From: Mobula hypostoma
Lineage: Eukaryota
Assembly: GCF_963921235.1 (NCBI RefSeq)
Contig: NC_086097.1
Coordinates: forward strand, 214,336,001 to 214,400,000
Length of the DNA stretch: 64,000 bases
Reading direction: 5' to 3'
Notes under the pieces: generated by a model
What the model was told of the DNA's origin: nothing
Seen by the model: the letters and a program-made list of their open reading frames with translations, nothing else
The model's database searches: none
Shown: positions 1 to 12,809 of the stretch, one piece after another
Position numbering within the stretch: position 1 is the stretch's first letter
How the letters are laid out: the number at the start of each line of letters is the position of its first letter
Made by a program: the position numbers and the translations under genes

Positions 1-170
1 AAAAAGGAATATTGAAGCAATGTACACTGGTTCATGGACCACCCAGAAATTTGATGCTGGAGGAGGGAAAGTTGTTCCTAAACTGTTGACTGTGGGCCTT
101 CAGGCTTCTTTGACTCCTCCTCAATGGTAGTAATGGAAAGAGGGCATGTCCCAGTTGGTGGGAGTTCTGA
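1..170 (-). mobile_element. Degraded 3' fragment of a Rex1/Babar-like LINE
   Basis: Resembles the reverse complement of the 'LLPSGRRYRSLKAHT..FRNSFFP' C-terminal region seen in other copies (42749-43081, 58262-58465). Confidence 0.55.
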
Positions 171-1093
171 AGGAGAAATTAAATTAGCTGTTTTTTGGAA
201 GGGCCTATATGCACATCCATTGTGTGTGTTGAAAGTGTAATGTGCAAGATATAAGCTGCAATTATTGATATATTTTTCAGTTTTTTAAGGGAGGCCATAC
301 CCCTGTTTCCACCAGACTCTTGTATAATCTTTTAAAAGTTTTCCCTTTTCTTCTTTCCTACTCTCTACTTTTCTATGTATTTGTACTTCTTTACAATTTG
401 ACATATCCCTTTTTTATGGTTTTGATGACAGGTCTTTGACCTGAAATGTTATCTTTGTTGAGTACAAATGGGTGTTTTTTTTTTAAATTTTAGGTTTGCA
501 TCATCAGTACTTTGCTATGACCCGAGTTAAGGTCTGGAAACATCTAGTCCTATGATTTCGAGCTATACATCTGATTCATCAGTGACTGCTGTGAAAGAGC
601 AGCTGACAACTAGGGAAAGTCCTGATGACATCCTGGAAAGACAGATGACAGATGACAGGAGGGAAAGACCCCATTGGGGTTGCCATGGGCTAGCTATCCA
701 TGGCAGCAGACTCCTCTTGCCTCGGTAGCATATAGGGGTCAACCACTGATGGCTACAAGAACTACAAAAAAAAGATACCCCAGAGTCAGTGACAGCGGGG
801 GTGCAAGATGACTCAAGTATGGATATTCTGGTAACAGAACATGGCATGACTTCAACCATGAGAAACATAGGCAGTATAGAACTTGAGTTAGTGACATCAG
901 CAGGAAACACACTGCAGAGCTGCAGCTGCAGCTGATCTAAGGTAAAATCAGCTAGGGGCTTGAAGATACACCAGGGCAGGATGAAGTGCTTCAAGGAGAC
1001 AAGACTGGGCCTTGCATCGACCAGTATTTCTTGAGGGAAAGGACGAGTAAGCCAAATGAAGTTCAGCGGCAGGATGGAACCCAAAGTCCGCAG

Positions 1094-1191
1094 AGCATCA
1101 ATAACCCAGGCACAAGCATCAGTAACCCGGGCACAAACATCAGTAACCCGGGCACAAACGTCAGTAACCCAGGCACGAGCATCAGTAACCC
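1094..1191 (+). repeat. 21-bp tandem repeat (~4.7 copies) inside the HERO-like ORF
   Basis: Unit A(G/A)CATCAGTAACCC(A/G)GGCACA, encoding SINNPGT-SISNPGT-NISNPGT-NVSNPGT-SISNPR. Confidence 0.95.
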
Positions 1192-2192
1192 GCGCGCGGT
1201 CTCAGAAGAGCCCGTCAGCACTGAAGACCACAGCTCACAGGAAAGACAAGGCCAGCCAGCAGAAAAGAAGCTGCAGGTGAAAAAGCCATGTGTGAAATGG
1301 CCAAAAACCTGCAACAAGAAAGAGTGGGCAATGGTCAACGAGGATCGATGCAGACTCCTCAGTGGTCTCAAGGGCACTGTTGAGAGGATGGACGACCTCC
1401 TATACAACTATGGAGCAGAAAGCTTTGGAGTGGGGGAAATAATTAAGATAATGCTGCTAGCATAGCACAAATCAAATCAAGAAGACAAAAGGAGATAGAG
1501 GGCCTCATTAAGGAGAGACGGCAACTGAGTAAACAGTGCAGAAAATCAACCATGGAGGAAAGAGAAGGAATCAACATCTGCAGGCAGAACCAAAGGAACG
1601 ACTGTCAACTCTAAGGAGGACAAAAAACATCAGGTTTCGAAGCAAGAAGAAAGAACACACTCCGACATGATTCTATAAGTACCCCTACAAGTTCGTGAAA
1701 AGCATTTTCACCAAACAGAAGAATTGAACTCCTGAGATGTCAAAGGAAGATCTGGAAGTATCATCTGAAGCTGACATACTCAGACAGCTTGAGAGCCGAA
1801 CATATCTCATTACTTTCAGATATGCCACACATCCACCCTCCACATCAGCAGTTTGACATCAGTCCCCGCAGATATAGTGAGATAATAAAAGTAGTAAAGT
1901 GGGCGAGGGTTGCTTCAGCGCCAGGACCAAATGGAGTTCTGTACAAACTCTACAAAAATGCACCAAGGGTCCTGAACATCTTATGGAAACAGATGAAGGA
2001 GGTTCTGAAGAATAAACTTATTCCTTGAGCGTGGCGGCAGGCAGGAGGAATTCTAATTCCTGAAGAAAAAGATTCCTCAAAAATTGGACAGTTTTGGCAA
2101 ATAAATCTATTAAATGTTGAAGGGAAAATATTTTTCAGTGTCTTAGCACAAAGGTGTCTACTTACTTGGAGAAAAACAAATTCATCACACAT

Positions 2193-3825
2193 ATAGTCAT
2201 AGTCATACTTTATTAATCCCGGGGGAAATTGGTTTTCGTTACAGTTGCTCCATAAATAATAAATAGTAATAGAACCATAAATAGTTAAATAGTAATATGT
2301 AAATTATGCCAGTAAATTATGAAATAAGTCCAGGACCAGCCTATTGGCTCAGGATGCCTGACCCTCTAAGGGAGGAGTTGTAAAGATTGATGGCCACAGG
2401 CAGGAATGACTTCCTATGACGCTCTGTGCTGCACCTCGGAGGAATGAGTCTCTGGCTGAATGTACTCCTGTGCCCACCCAGTACATTATGTAGTGGATGG
2501 GAGACATTGACCAAGATGTGGGCTGAGAAGTGGCAGATGGAGTTCAACCCAGAGAAGTGTGAGGTGGTACCCTTTGGAAGGACAAACTCCAAGGCAGAGT
2601 ACAAAGTAAATGACAGGATACTTGGTAGTGTGGAGGAGCAGAGGGACCTGGGTGTACATGTCCACAGATCCCTGAAAGTTGCCTCACAGGTAGATAGGGT
2701 AGTTAAGAAAGCTTATGGGGTGTTAGCTTTCATAAGTCGAGGGATAGAGTTTAAGAGTCGCGATGTAATGATGCAGCTCTATAAAACTCTGGTTAGGCCA
2801 CACTATAGTGAGGTATCCAGTTCTGGTCACCTCACTATAGGAAGGATGTGGAAGCATTGGAAAGGGTACAGAGGAGATTTACCAGGATGCTGCCTGGTTT
2901 AGAAAGTATGATCAGAGATTAAGGGAGCTAGGGCTTTACTCTTTGGAGAGAGGGAGGATGAGAGGAGACATGATAGAGGTGTACAAGATAATAAGAGGAC
3001 TAGATAGAGTGGATAGCCAGCGCCTCTTCCCCAGGGCACCACTGCTCAATACAAGAGGACATGGCTTTAAGGTAAGGGCTGGGAAGTTCAAGGGGGATAT
3101 TAGAGGAAGGTTTTTTACTCAGAGAGTGGTTGGTGCGTGGAATGCACTGCCTGAGTCAGTGGTGGAGGCAGATACACCTGTGAAATTTAAGAGACTACTA
3201 GACAGGTATATGGAGGAATTTAAGGTGCGGGGGTGGGGATTATATGGGAGGCAGGGTTTAAGGGTCGGCACAACATTGTAGGCTGAAGGGCCTGTACTGT
3301 GCTGTACTATTCTATGTTCTATGTTCTATGGCATGCAACTTAGACAGCATCCTCTTTTCAGACACCACCGTGAGAGAGTCCAGTTCCATCCCCACAACAT
3401 CACTGGCCTTACGAATGAGTTTGTTGATTCTGTTGGTGTCTGCTACCTTCAGCCTGCTGCCCCAGCACACAACAGCAAACATGATAGCACTGGCCACCAC
3501 AGACTCGTAGAACATCCTCAGCATCGTCCGGCAGATGTTAAAGGACCTCAGTCTCTTCAGGAAGTAGATAGAGATGGCTCTGACCCTTCTTGTAGACAGC
3601 CTCAGTGTTCTTTGACCAGTCCTGTTTATTGTCAATTCGTATCCCCAGGTATTTGTAATCCTCCACCATGTCCACCCTGACCCCTGGATGGAAACAGGGG
3701 TCACCGGTACCTTAGCTCTCCTCAGGTTTACCACCAGCTCCTTAGTCTTTTTCACATTAAGCTGCAGATAATTCTGCTCACACCATGTGACAAAGTTTCC
3801 TACTGTAGCCCTGTACTCACCCTGT
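2193..3825 (-). mobile_element. 5'-truncated Rex1/Babar-like LINE inserted in the HERO-like element, itself split by a CR1
   Basis: Minus-strand FVTWCEQNYLQLNVKKTKELVV, YFLKRLRSFN and PPRCSTERHRKSFLPVAINLYN. (ATGACT)n tail at 2193. ACAT at both flanks (2189-2192 and 3826-3829). Confidence 0.85.
2518..3327 (+). mobile_element. 5'-truncated CR1 LINE
   Basis: WAEKWQMEFNPEKCEV, QRDLGVHV, LYKTLVRPH, RGDMIEVYK, TRGHGFK, FFTQRVV..WN.LP; (TCTATGT)n tail. Confidence 0.92.
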
Positions 3826-6800
3826 ACATGTGCAGAACGCAGGGATGCCGGGTTTCTCCAGCTGTTTGGAACACCCAAGTATAATTTGGCATCAAATACA
3901 AACTGCTAAAAGGGAAAGAAGAGACCTCCGTGTCTTGTTCTTGGACCGAGCCAATGCCTTTGGGTCAGTCTCACATATCCAGCTGTTGTCTTCATTTGAA
4001 TTCTTTCATGCACCAGAATGTGTTACAGCCTTAGTCAAAGCCTACTTTTGAGATCTCTAGTTCTCATTGATAACTACAGAGTACAACACAGCCTGGCAGC
4101 CTGTGGAGACGGGCATAATGGCAGGTTGCACCATGTTTCAACTGGCTTTTACCACGGCAATGGAAGTGATCATTGGAGCTTTTAAATGGGTAGTAGGAGA
4201 AGAGTGACTGAAGTCAGGACTATATCTACCACCAATTCGGGCATTATATGGATGATTTAACCATCCTGACAACTACCATCCCATGTACCAAATGGTTGCT
4301 TGAGAAGTTCTATTCAAACATCAAATGCGCCCAAGTGATGGTTAAAACAAAGAAGTCCAGGAGCATTTCTATAGTCAAAGGAAGGCTGGTCGACTATAAG
4401 TTCCATGTGGATGGGAATGTATCAGAAATGCCAGTTAAAAGCTTGGGGTGTTGGAACGATGATACAGTAATACAAATCAAGTGAAACTGCTGAGAGAAGA
4501 AATCATCATAGGGCTTAAAGACATCGATAAGACCTTGCTGCCGGGAAACCTCAAGCTCTGGTGCCTTCAGTTTGGATTGCTACCTCGGGTGTTCTGGCCA
4601 CTGACTCTGTATGAAGTCCCCATCACTCATGTTGAAAAGCTGGAGAGGACAGTTAGTTCCCTCATTAAGAAGTGGATGGGACTACCAAGATCACTAAGTA
4701 ACATCTACCTGTATGGCAAAGGAGCTCTGACGTTGCCTTTCACGGGCTGACTGAAGAGTTCAAGTGAGCCAAGGTGAGGCTCGAGATTACTCTCTCGGTA
4801 TCCGGTGACAGAGTTGTCCAGGACACTGCACCCAGGACCTTAACAGGGAGAAAGAAGTGTCCAGCAGAGTCGGTAAAACAGGCAAAAGCAGCACTCAGGA
4901 TGGCAGACATGGTGGGCCAGGTGCAATCTGGAAGAGGGGGCCTTGGAACAGGGTCAAATAGCAAAAACAGGGTCCATTCGGCAATAGGCGACAACACAAA
5001 GGCGAAGGCGAGCTACAGTGGTGGAGGAAGTACAGCGACAGGAGGTAAGCAAGAGCAGTGTCTCAGACAAAACAAAGACAGTGGACAAGGTGGGAAAACA
5101 TTGAGAAAAGAAAATTCAGCCGGAAAAACATCGGAAAAGGAAGGAAGAAAGATTAGCTTCCTTTTAAGTTTATGATGTTCTCCCAACTCCCAAAAATCTG
5201 AACCAGTGGCTTAATGAACCAGCTCTGTGGAAGAACAGCAAACCTCAAGCACATCCTCTCACCTTGCAAAGTAAGCCTCTGTCAAGGAAGTTACACATGG
5301 AGGCACAACCAGGTACTCAGATGTTTGGCATCCATTGTGGAGAAGCAAGGGCTGAGTAATAACGGTTAGCCCCATGTGACTGGAAGAACCACCATCCCCT
5401 TTGTCCGGCAAGAACAGACAATGCCACCTCAGTGACACGGTTGGTGTCAGGCATACTGGAGCCGGGTCGTGACCGGAACATGGCTGACAACCTTGACAAA
5501 AGCTAATATTTCCCCCGGAGATAGCCACTACCACCCTCAGACCAGATTTGGTCTTGTGGTCCAGCAGGCTGAAGGCTGCAGTAATCTGAGAGCTCACAGT
5601 GCCCTGGGAAGATGCAGTCTGTGAGGCGTATGAGTGGAAACATGTAAGATACGCTGAGCTGGCCAGAGATGCTGAGCGGTGTGGATGGAAGGTGCAGATT
5701 TTCCCAGTAGATTTGTGGCCGCAAAGGATCTATGGCTACTTCCATGGTCAGGTTGCTGAAGGGGTTGGGAATCCAAGGCCAGGGCCAGCGGCAAGCTTTA
5801 AAAGAACTCTTGGAGGCAGCTGAGTGAAGCAGCCACTGGTTATCGATGAAGACAAGTGACGGCAGCTGGGCCCTAAAATGACCCATGAGTGGCCAGATGT
5901 GAAGAGGGGTGCACACGAGAATGCTGGGTCACACTGTTGGGCCATCTGGAAATGTAATGGGCTTAAATTGAGAAAACATTTAGGAAGGGGGGTGCCCATC
6001 TGATGACCCCTGGGAGGCATCTGCCACCCACCAAGCCTCACCCCACAATCTCTATGCCAGGACCTGAGTTAGGATCTGCTTATCAAAGGGATTAAAACAT
6101 CTAGTCCTATGAGCTTGAACTATAACATTGTCAGAAATATTTCTCTAGAGGATGAAAAATTGCTGCCTTCAATAGGTGTTTTTTTTTCTCTTATATTGAG
6201 TATTAAGTACACATTTTTCAATTATGTTGATACATTGTCTCTTTTTTCACTTTTCCAGTCTGGCTATAGCTGATTGAAGAGAGTTATCACAATGTTCTGT
6301 GATTACTGTATAATTAACATTTTCTTAAGGGTTTTAAATTCAAGGTAAAATTCTGGCAGAAAATAATTGGCAGAGATGAATATTCATTTCCTGTTACATA
6401 TTATGAAAGTAACTCATAAATATTCAAACTACAAAAACTTATCATTTATTTTGATATTTACTTTGAGCAATGCAACACAATCAAAGGCCGCTGTAACCAA
6501 AATAATCAGAGCGTTCAATTGAATTTCTTTCCAGATTTTTAAAAAAAAGACATATTACAAATCTGAAGTAGGAATAGAAAATATGAGCAAAGTAGATCTG
6601 GTCTGAAATGTTCTCTTTATTCCTGCTGCCCGTAATTAACAAAAATAGGTTAATACCTTATGTTCTGAGTTGAAATTATACTTCTAATTACACTACAAAT
6701 GTGAACCTGTCTTGACCAATGTTCTAATCTTCTTATAACAAGCCTTTTATGTTTTCCATTAAATAACTGTGCGATTTGAAACGAATTAACATAATTGTTA

Positions 6801-7954
6801 CAAATTTTGCACAACTATGATTTCAGAGTCCTTCTTGGTGTCTCTCATATATTAAGCATCTACAGCTGAAGATTCAACATCATTTTTATTTTCATTTCTA
6901 ACAAGCTATGCTGTAACTTTCCTTACTGTCTTTTTAATTTTCTAACAGTCATATGGTAATGATGATAATTTAATAAGTTTGACCAAATGAGGTCAATGAC
7001 TAGGTCTTAAGAAATAATTTAAAATAAATAAATATTTTATTTCACTTTGGCATGGCTAAAAATTTACATCTTTCATTTGATCATTTCAAATAAATATTAA
7101 TGTGAGCACAGAGCTGTCAGACAATGAGAAGACATTAAAGGTTATAATTTCTGAGTCCATACCTGCAGTGAGATACCTATCTTGACTGCTGCTGGTGTCT
7201 GCCTTAAAAATACAAATGGAGCAATTAAGATATTAATGCACAGGCTTAAAAAATCCTTAATTACAATTGAAACACGAATTGCTGGCAAAGCACTGCATCT
7301 AGAAGAAACATAAATTAATCTTGAATCGTGTCTTAATCTTGATGAGACATGATTGAAATTACTATATTGGAGCATAAATCATTTTAAGTAAGGTTGCATC
7401 AGCTCATGCTAAAGTGATAAAATATTTTAAAAAAAGGAAATTTAGACCATGGAGTTCTGTGTACTTAACAAACATTTCCATTTATATTGTCTTGTCCCCT
7501 CTCAGTATTTGGTGAAGGATTGTTTCATGATTCCTATTTGCTAATTTACACTAGAGGACCTTGACAGGCGTTTTGATTTGTACTGAGATTAAAGCAGTGG
7601 AAGATAATAATTAAATGAAACTAGGAAACCTCAGGTAGCAACTGATGCTGGTTTCTCCACCTACGTTCACAAGAATGTGCAAGTTGGCTTGCAAGAAGTC
7701 ACAGAACTTTAGGTGACAACGTGCCTTAGCTGATGACCAACTAAATGGTCCTGGAAATAAAGATTATTATAAGGATGAGAAACATAAACGATTTTACTCC
7801 TCGAGTCCCACTGGGTGTTCTATCAGGGTTTTACCATTTTCCTTGTTCAGATATTTGTTTAAAACTGTGGGCTGAACATTTAAAGAAGTATCCCACTACT
7901 CTCAGTAGAAGTCCTTCAGGGAAAGAAGATTAAACTTTCTAATTGTAGCAAATA

Positions 7955-8122
7955 CATTTGATTGATGGGTATCTGAGTAGCCAGGTCATCAAAGGTTATG
8001 GTGGGAAGGCGGGGGAGTGGGAATAAATGGGAGAATGGATCAGCTCATGATAAAATGGCAGAGCAGACTCGATGGGCCAAATGGCCGACTTCTGCTCCTT
8101 TGTCTTTTGGTCTTATGGTCTT
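7955..8122 (+). mobile_element. CR1 3' end fragment
   Basis: GAGCAGACTCGATGGGCCAAATGGCC...TCTTATGGTCT terminus, shared with the CR1 copies ending near 16500, 38550 and 47040. Confidence 0.75.
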
Positions 8123-8959
8123 GAGTTTATAGCAAACTTCAAATAGCAAAATCTGCTGCAGGCATTGCAGTTTGTAGCAAACCCCAGCAGTCTCCATTAC
8201 GCCTGAATGCACAGTCACCAGTAAGGACATAAGACCAGTCTTCCAGAGAATGAATCTGCAGAAAGCAACTGGCCAGCATGGTGTCCCTGATGATGTCCTT
8301 GGATCCTGTGCAGATCAGCCAGCAGAACGGGTAAACCCACGATTGACCCAACAGAGTTTGCTTGCCTGAAGTAAGGTGTCCACCTTAATGAGTACATGAT
8401 CCAGAAGCAGCAGGAAACCACTGACTATCTGCTCACTATATTCAACCAACTCTCCGTCTTGTTACAGCAAGCCCAACCCAAGCAGAGTGACAGCTAGAGT
8501 GCAGAAGTGCTGCTGGACCATTAACATCATGGCCCACCTACTTTGAAAGCTTGATCGCTCTGGCCGTCCACGTTGACAAGTGTCTTTGGAACAACCCTCC
8601 GCGTCACCAGCCAGAACCCCAGCTCAGCCAATCAGCAAGTGGAGAAGTTTCTGATAAGCTTCGCTGCTTCTAACCCTTATAAGATGGACTCTTGTCCTTA
8701 CAACCTACCTCATTGTGACCTTGCACCTTGCTGTTTACCTGCACTGCACTGTCTCTGTAACATGTTATTCTGCGCTCTCTTATTGATTTACCTTGCACTT
8801 CCTCAATGCACTATTTTAATGAATTGATCTGTATAGACAGCGTGCAAGACAAACTTTTCACTGTGACAATAATAAAACAGTTTATCAATTTACCAGTTTA
8901 CTAAGTCAGCCAGGGAGCATGTTGCTGCATCCATTTTTATTGTGGTCAATTACTTTTTC

Positions 8960-9245
8960 ACTGTATAGGCATTGCAAAAATCAATTTTTTTTTTGGCGTG
9001 TGCATGCGTGCGTCCATCCGTGCGTGTGTGATGTTGACAGGACGATGTCTTTTTTTTCATGCCTTTACAAGGCGCGGAGCGAGAGAGGGAGAGAGACTGT
9101 GTGGCGTGACACTCCTCACACAGACATTTTGGAGTATTTTTCCCTTTATTTTACGAGGACGAGTTGCGAATTCGACACTCAACCCAGCACGGATGGAAAG
9201 CGTACTCAGGAGCGGATCCGGGAACCTCCATTCCAGAGTCCGGTG
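8960..9245 (-). mobile_element. SINE-like fragment
   Basis: Shares AACCCAGCAC(G)GATGGAAAGC with the tRNA-headed SINE at 48915-49175; locally CpG-rich. Confidence 0.45.
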
Positions 9246-9329
9246 CTGATGTCATTGCGCCCCACCAGCTAGCCCACAAAGATCAATTCTGATGCAATCG
9301 GAAATAAAAAGTAATAAAAATAAATATCA

Positions 9330-9525
9330 TACACGAGAGATTCTACAGATGCTGAAAATGTCCTGTGAAGAATAAGAATTTCAGGATGTATTCTGCATAC
9401 ATTTCTCTGATAGTAAATTAAACTTTAAACTATAGAAAGGTCTCAGCTCAAAACATCAATTCTTTATTCCTCTCCATAGATGCTGTCTGACCTATTGAGT
9501 TCCTCCAGCATTTTGTGTGTTACAA
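9330..9525. repeat. Penelope-derived short repeat (decayed hammerhead-type terminus)
   Basis: AAGGTCTCAGCTCAAAACATC...CCATAGATGCTG..TGAGTTCCTCCAGCATTTTGTGTG, the same family as 48300, 61200 and 63950. Confidence 0.65.
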
Positions 9526-10974
9526 ATAAAAATAGATTCTCAGTCTCTCCACCCATATCCTCACAAATGAAACTTCTCATTGCTCTAACCACCTTCAAAA
9601 GACCAGAGTGAGAAAAAAAGACAGGCTATAAAAACCTGGGTGTGATAAATCTCCTCGCAAACTCATAATTGTTCCATTCACTGCATAGCTGAGTACCAGA
9701 GAAGTAGTGCATCTCGCAGGAATTAAGTTTCAAACAGAGATATTTTTGCTTGGACCCTTCTTAACAAATGTTGATTTTTTGTAACATAGAATGCACGTCA
9801 GGCTTTGCTAAGTCATTTATGATTCTGATTTGAAATGGGCTGATGTGAAATCAAGGACACGTAATATTTACAAATGTCTTCACCACTCATATCTTCCTTA
9901 CAGACCACCCTGGTTACAAATAATGATGAGGATACCAAGAGAAATATTTCAAGAGGTTTGTCTGAGGTTGCCAGAAGGATCAGTCTGTTTAAAGTAGTAG
10001 CTGAATATTTAAGATTTTGTTGGGTTCCGATTCTGAAAGTAGGGTTGTTTGTGTTTACTGGATTATGAAACTGACAGCATCTTGCCAAGTAGTCAAATTC
10101 CACAACAACTGGAAAAATTCAGAAACTGCTGTCAGTGATCTCTCCCTCATCCACATGGACTGTTATTGTAACCTCCTCTGCATAATCAATGGAGAACAGT
10201 AAATCAAGAACTTCAATTAATTCTCCCTAATTCACTGTTTAAAAATGTACTGAAAATAAACGACTTTACTCCATGAAGAATAAATGAGCTTCTAATAATA
10301 CATTAATCCACAACTCTGCCAATTTATTTCTCAGACCCAGAAAAGATATGGATTATCATTCACTTGGATACTGTTTTTGATATAGAACATAGCTTTTATT
10401 TTTATTATTTCATATTTATTATTTCAGCTTGACTAAGGAGAGCTCGACACTTAACAGAGAAAGCAGCACATAAATAATTGAATAAGGGTAGATCACAATG
10501 AAAACAATATTAAGACATGGATGTCCAGCCAGAGAGTTCCTTTGATCCATATCAATCCAGTGTGCTTGACCTGATATATCACCAATTATTCCCATTTCTC
10601 ATGAATGGTCAAACATCTGAAATATTAACAATGTTTCCCTCTTTTACAGATGCTGCTTAACTGTATGTTTCCTTGTATGCAAACCCTCAACCCTTAATAT
10701 TCATATGCCCTGCAAACCTCAGGAATGTTACAGCTCTTTGACTCCAGCCTCTTATACATCCTCCCTCAGCTTTGCTGCACCTTTGGCTGCCGTGTCTTTG
10801 GGTTATTATCTGTGAATATTTCCCTGTAGACTTCTCCGCCTCCCCATTTCTCTCTCCTTCACAGAATCAGAGAGTAGTTACAGCAGGGAAGGAAAGCATT
10901 TGACCCATTAATTCCTTATTATCTCCGTATAAGAGCAATTCTTTGCCCCACACCCTACAGTATGGAGGTCGAGA

Positions 10975-11460
10975 ACTTCATGTTCCTTGAGTGGCAACTT
11001 TGCGAGATCTATGTACTTGTACCCCAAGATCCCTCTGTACCTCCTCACTGCCAAGATTCCTGCCATTAAACCTGTATTCTGCCATCACACTTGACCTTCT
11101 AAAATTAATCACTTCACACTTTTCTGGATTGAATTCCATCTGCCACTTCTCAGCCCAGCTCTGCATCCTCTCAATATCCCATTTTAATTTACAACAACCC
11201 TCCACACCATCCACAACTCTACCAACCTTCATGCCATCTGCAAACTTACTAACACACCCGTCCATTTCCTCATCCAGATCATTTATAAAAATCACAAAGA
11301 GCAGGGATCTCGGAAGAGACCCCTGTTACTATTACGATTCTGTTACTATTCTTTGGGCTGGTGAGAATGGAAAGATCATTGCCAAGGTGCAGTAATCTCT
11401 TCTTTCACTTCCTATTGTAATCTGGGGTATATCCTATCTGGCCCAGGGGGCTTATCTCTG
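10975..11460 (-). mobile_element. CR1 RT fragment
   Basis: IFINDLD..SKFADGMKVG..WAEKWQMEFNPEKCEV..QRDLGVQV. Confidence 0.88.
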
Positions 11461-12809
11461 ATACCTTTGGGAACTCTACATCCAACAACAGTGATGTCAT
11501 AAAGTGATATAGTACCAATCACATTGCTGAATTCTCACAGGTAGCAAAAATAAAGCAAATATTTGCTCAACAAAATATAAACATATGTAAACAAATTTAT
11601 TTGAACTAAATATAAATTTTAGTTATTTTTAGGGTCAGACAGTTCATAATACAGTAATTATAGTTGTGCACTATTAACAATAAAGTAACAGTTAATTGAA
11701 CAAGGATTTTTAAAAATAAGAACAGTTAACCTATAAGTTAAGCTATTATCATATTCATTGATTTATGTTGATTGCACCATGGGATACTGCAAATGAACAC
11801 AATGTGAAACAAGGGGAAGAATGGACCGTGCCTTCTGGATTTCTGCATTTATCATATTATGTGCATATACCAAATGTTACTATCATATTCTCCACCTTAT
11901 ATTGGTGAATTCTGATACCTTCTGATTCAAATACCAATTTCACATCATTCTTGTTTTTGCACAGCAAACTAAAGCACTTTTAAAAAATAATTTATTCTGA
12001 AAATACCGTTATTTATGGAGGAAATAAAGAGATTATTGCAAGAAATTACACATAACTCCATCAGGAGGGGCATCCATAGACCTTGACAGAAAGTTCATTA
12101 ACTTGTGCTGTTCTCTGGACGACCAAGTACAAACCAAACTTTGAAATAAGCATGAGAGTTGAGGACTTGAAGGATTTTGAGCCCAATTAGAAAGATTCGT
12201 CAAGTTGGTAGATGAAGGCAACATCAGCTATGAAGTCCTGAAAAGTTACTTTTGCTTCTAGCACTCTATCCATATTTAGAAGTAGGGAATAAAATCTTGG
12301 AAAATAGAAGGCAGCATATTAACGTTTGCATCCAATGCATTAAAACATTCTGTGCTCTGTAAGCTAACAATTGTTAAAATATGACATCTACGTGAATCCT
12401 GCTAAACCTCTAAAATGAAACTGATAAAGGGTCATTGGCCTGTTAACCCTGATTCTCTTTCCACTGATGTTAGCTACTGTTAACTATTTCCAGCTCTTTG
12501 TTTTTATTTTATATTTCTAACATCCACAATTTTAATTTTCTCCTTTTCTGTTGCTCTTAAATTAAATCTTTTGATTTAGTGCAAAAACATAATATAGTTG
12601 TTACTTGAAGCTCCCAGGTAGAACATACTTTGCATCAAGAAATAAAGTACAAGGGCCACACATTTGGGATACAAAACCAAAAGCTGGAAAGATATAGTCA
12701 TTAGGCAAATTGTGTTTCAATTTGTCTGCAGCATGTAGTAAAGATAAATATTAAGAAACTATGTTACTTTGTCTTTGGATTTGACATTGGTAACTTCATC
12801 AGTTTGCCT

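Larger units (their letters stand above)
519..6129 (+). mobile_element. Near full-length, inactivated non-LTR retrotransposon with C-terminal restriction-like endonuclease (HERO-like, R2 group)
   Basis: N-terminal zinc-finger-like CSC..GLKIHQGRMKC (~920-990). RT motifs SAPGPNGVLY, QINLLNVEGKIF, AGMPGFSSCLEH, FLDRANAFGSV and YMDD (~4245). Zinc-knuckle remnant LCGRTANLKHILSPC..YTWRHNQVL (~5223-5320). REL motif RPDLVLWS..ELTVPWE..K..RYAEL (~5535-5660). Many stops and frameshifts; interrupted by an insertion at 2193-3825. Confidence 0.9.

Noticed and set aside
615..650. CTGATGA..GAAA in the HERO-like 5' region as a hammerhead
   Set aside because: Only 7 nt between the boxes with no stem II, and no stem I/III or cleavage triplet.
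563..1084. 173-aa minus-strand ORF
   Set aside because: Antisense to the HERO-like ORF; no recognisable domain.
1094..1191. Tandem repeat as a CRISPR array
   Set aside because: No unique spacers, eukaryotic context, no cas genes.
9872..10108. Open minus-strand segment with splice-like ends (VVEFDYLARCC..)
   Set aside because: No recognisable protein similarity and weak donor; compatible with chance.
12033..12240. Possible exon or pseudogene fragment
   Set aside because: Stops in all frames after the acceptor; nothing recognisable.
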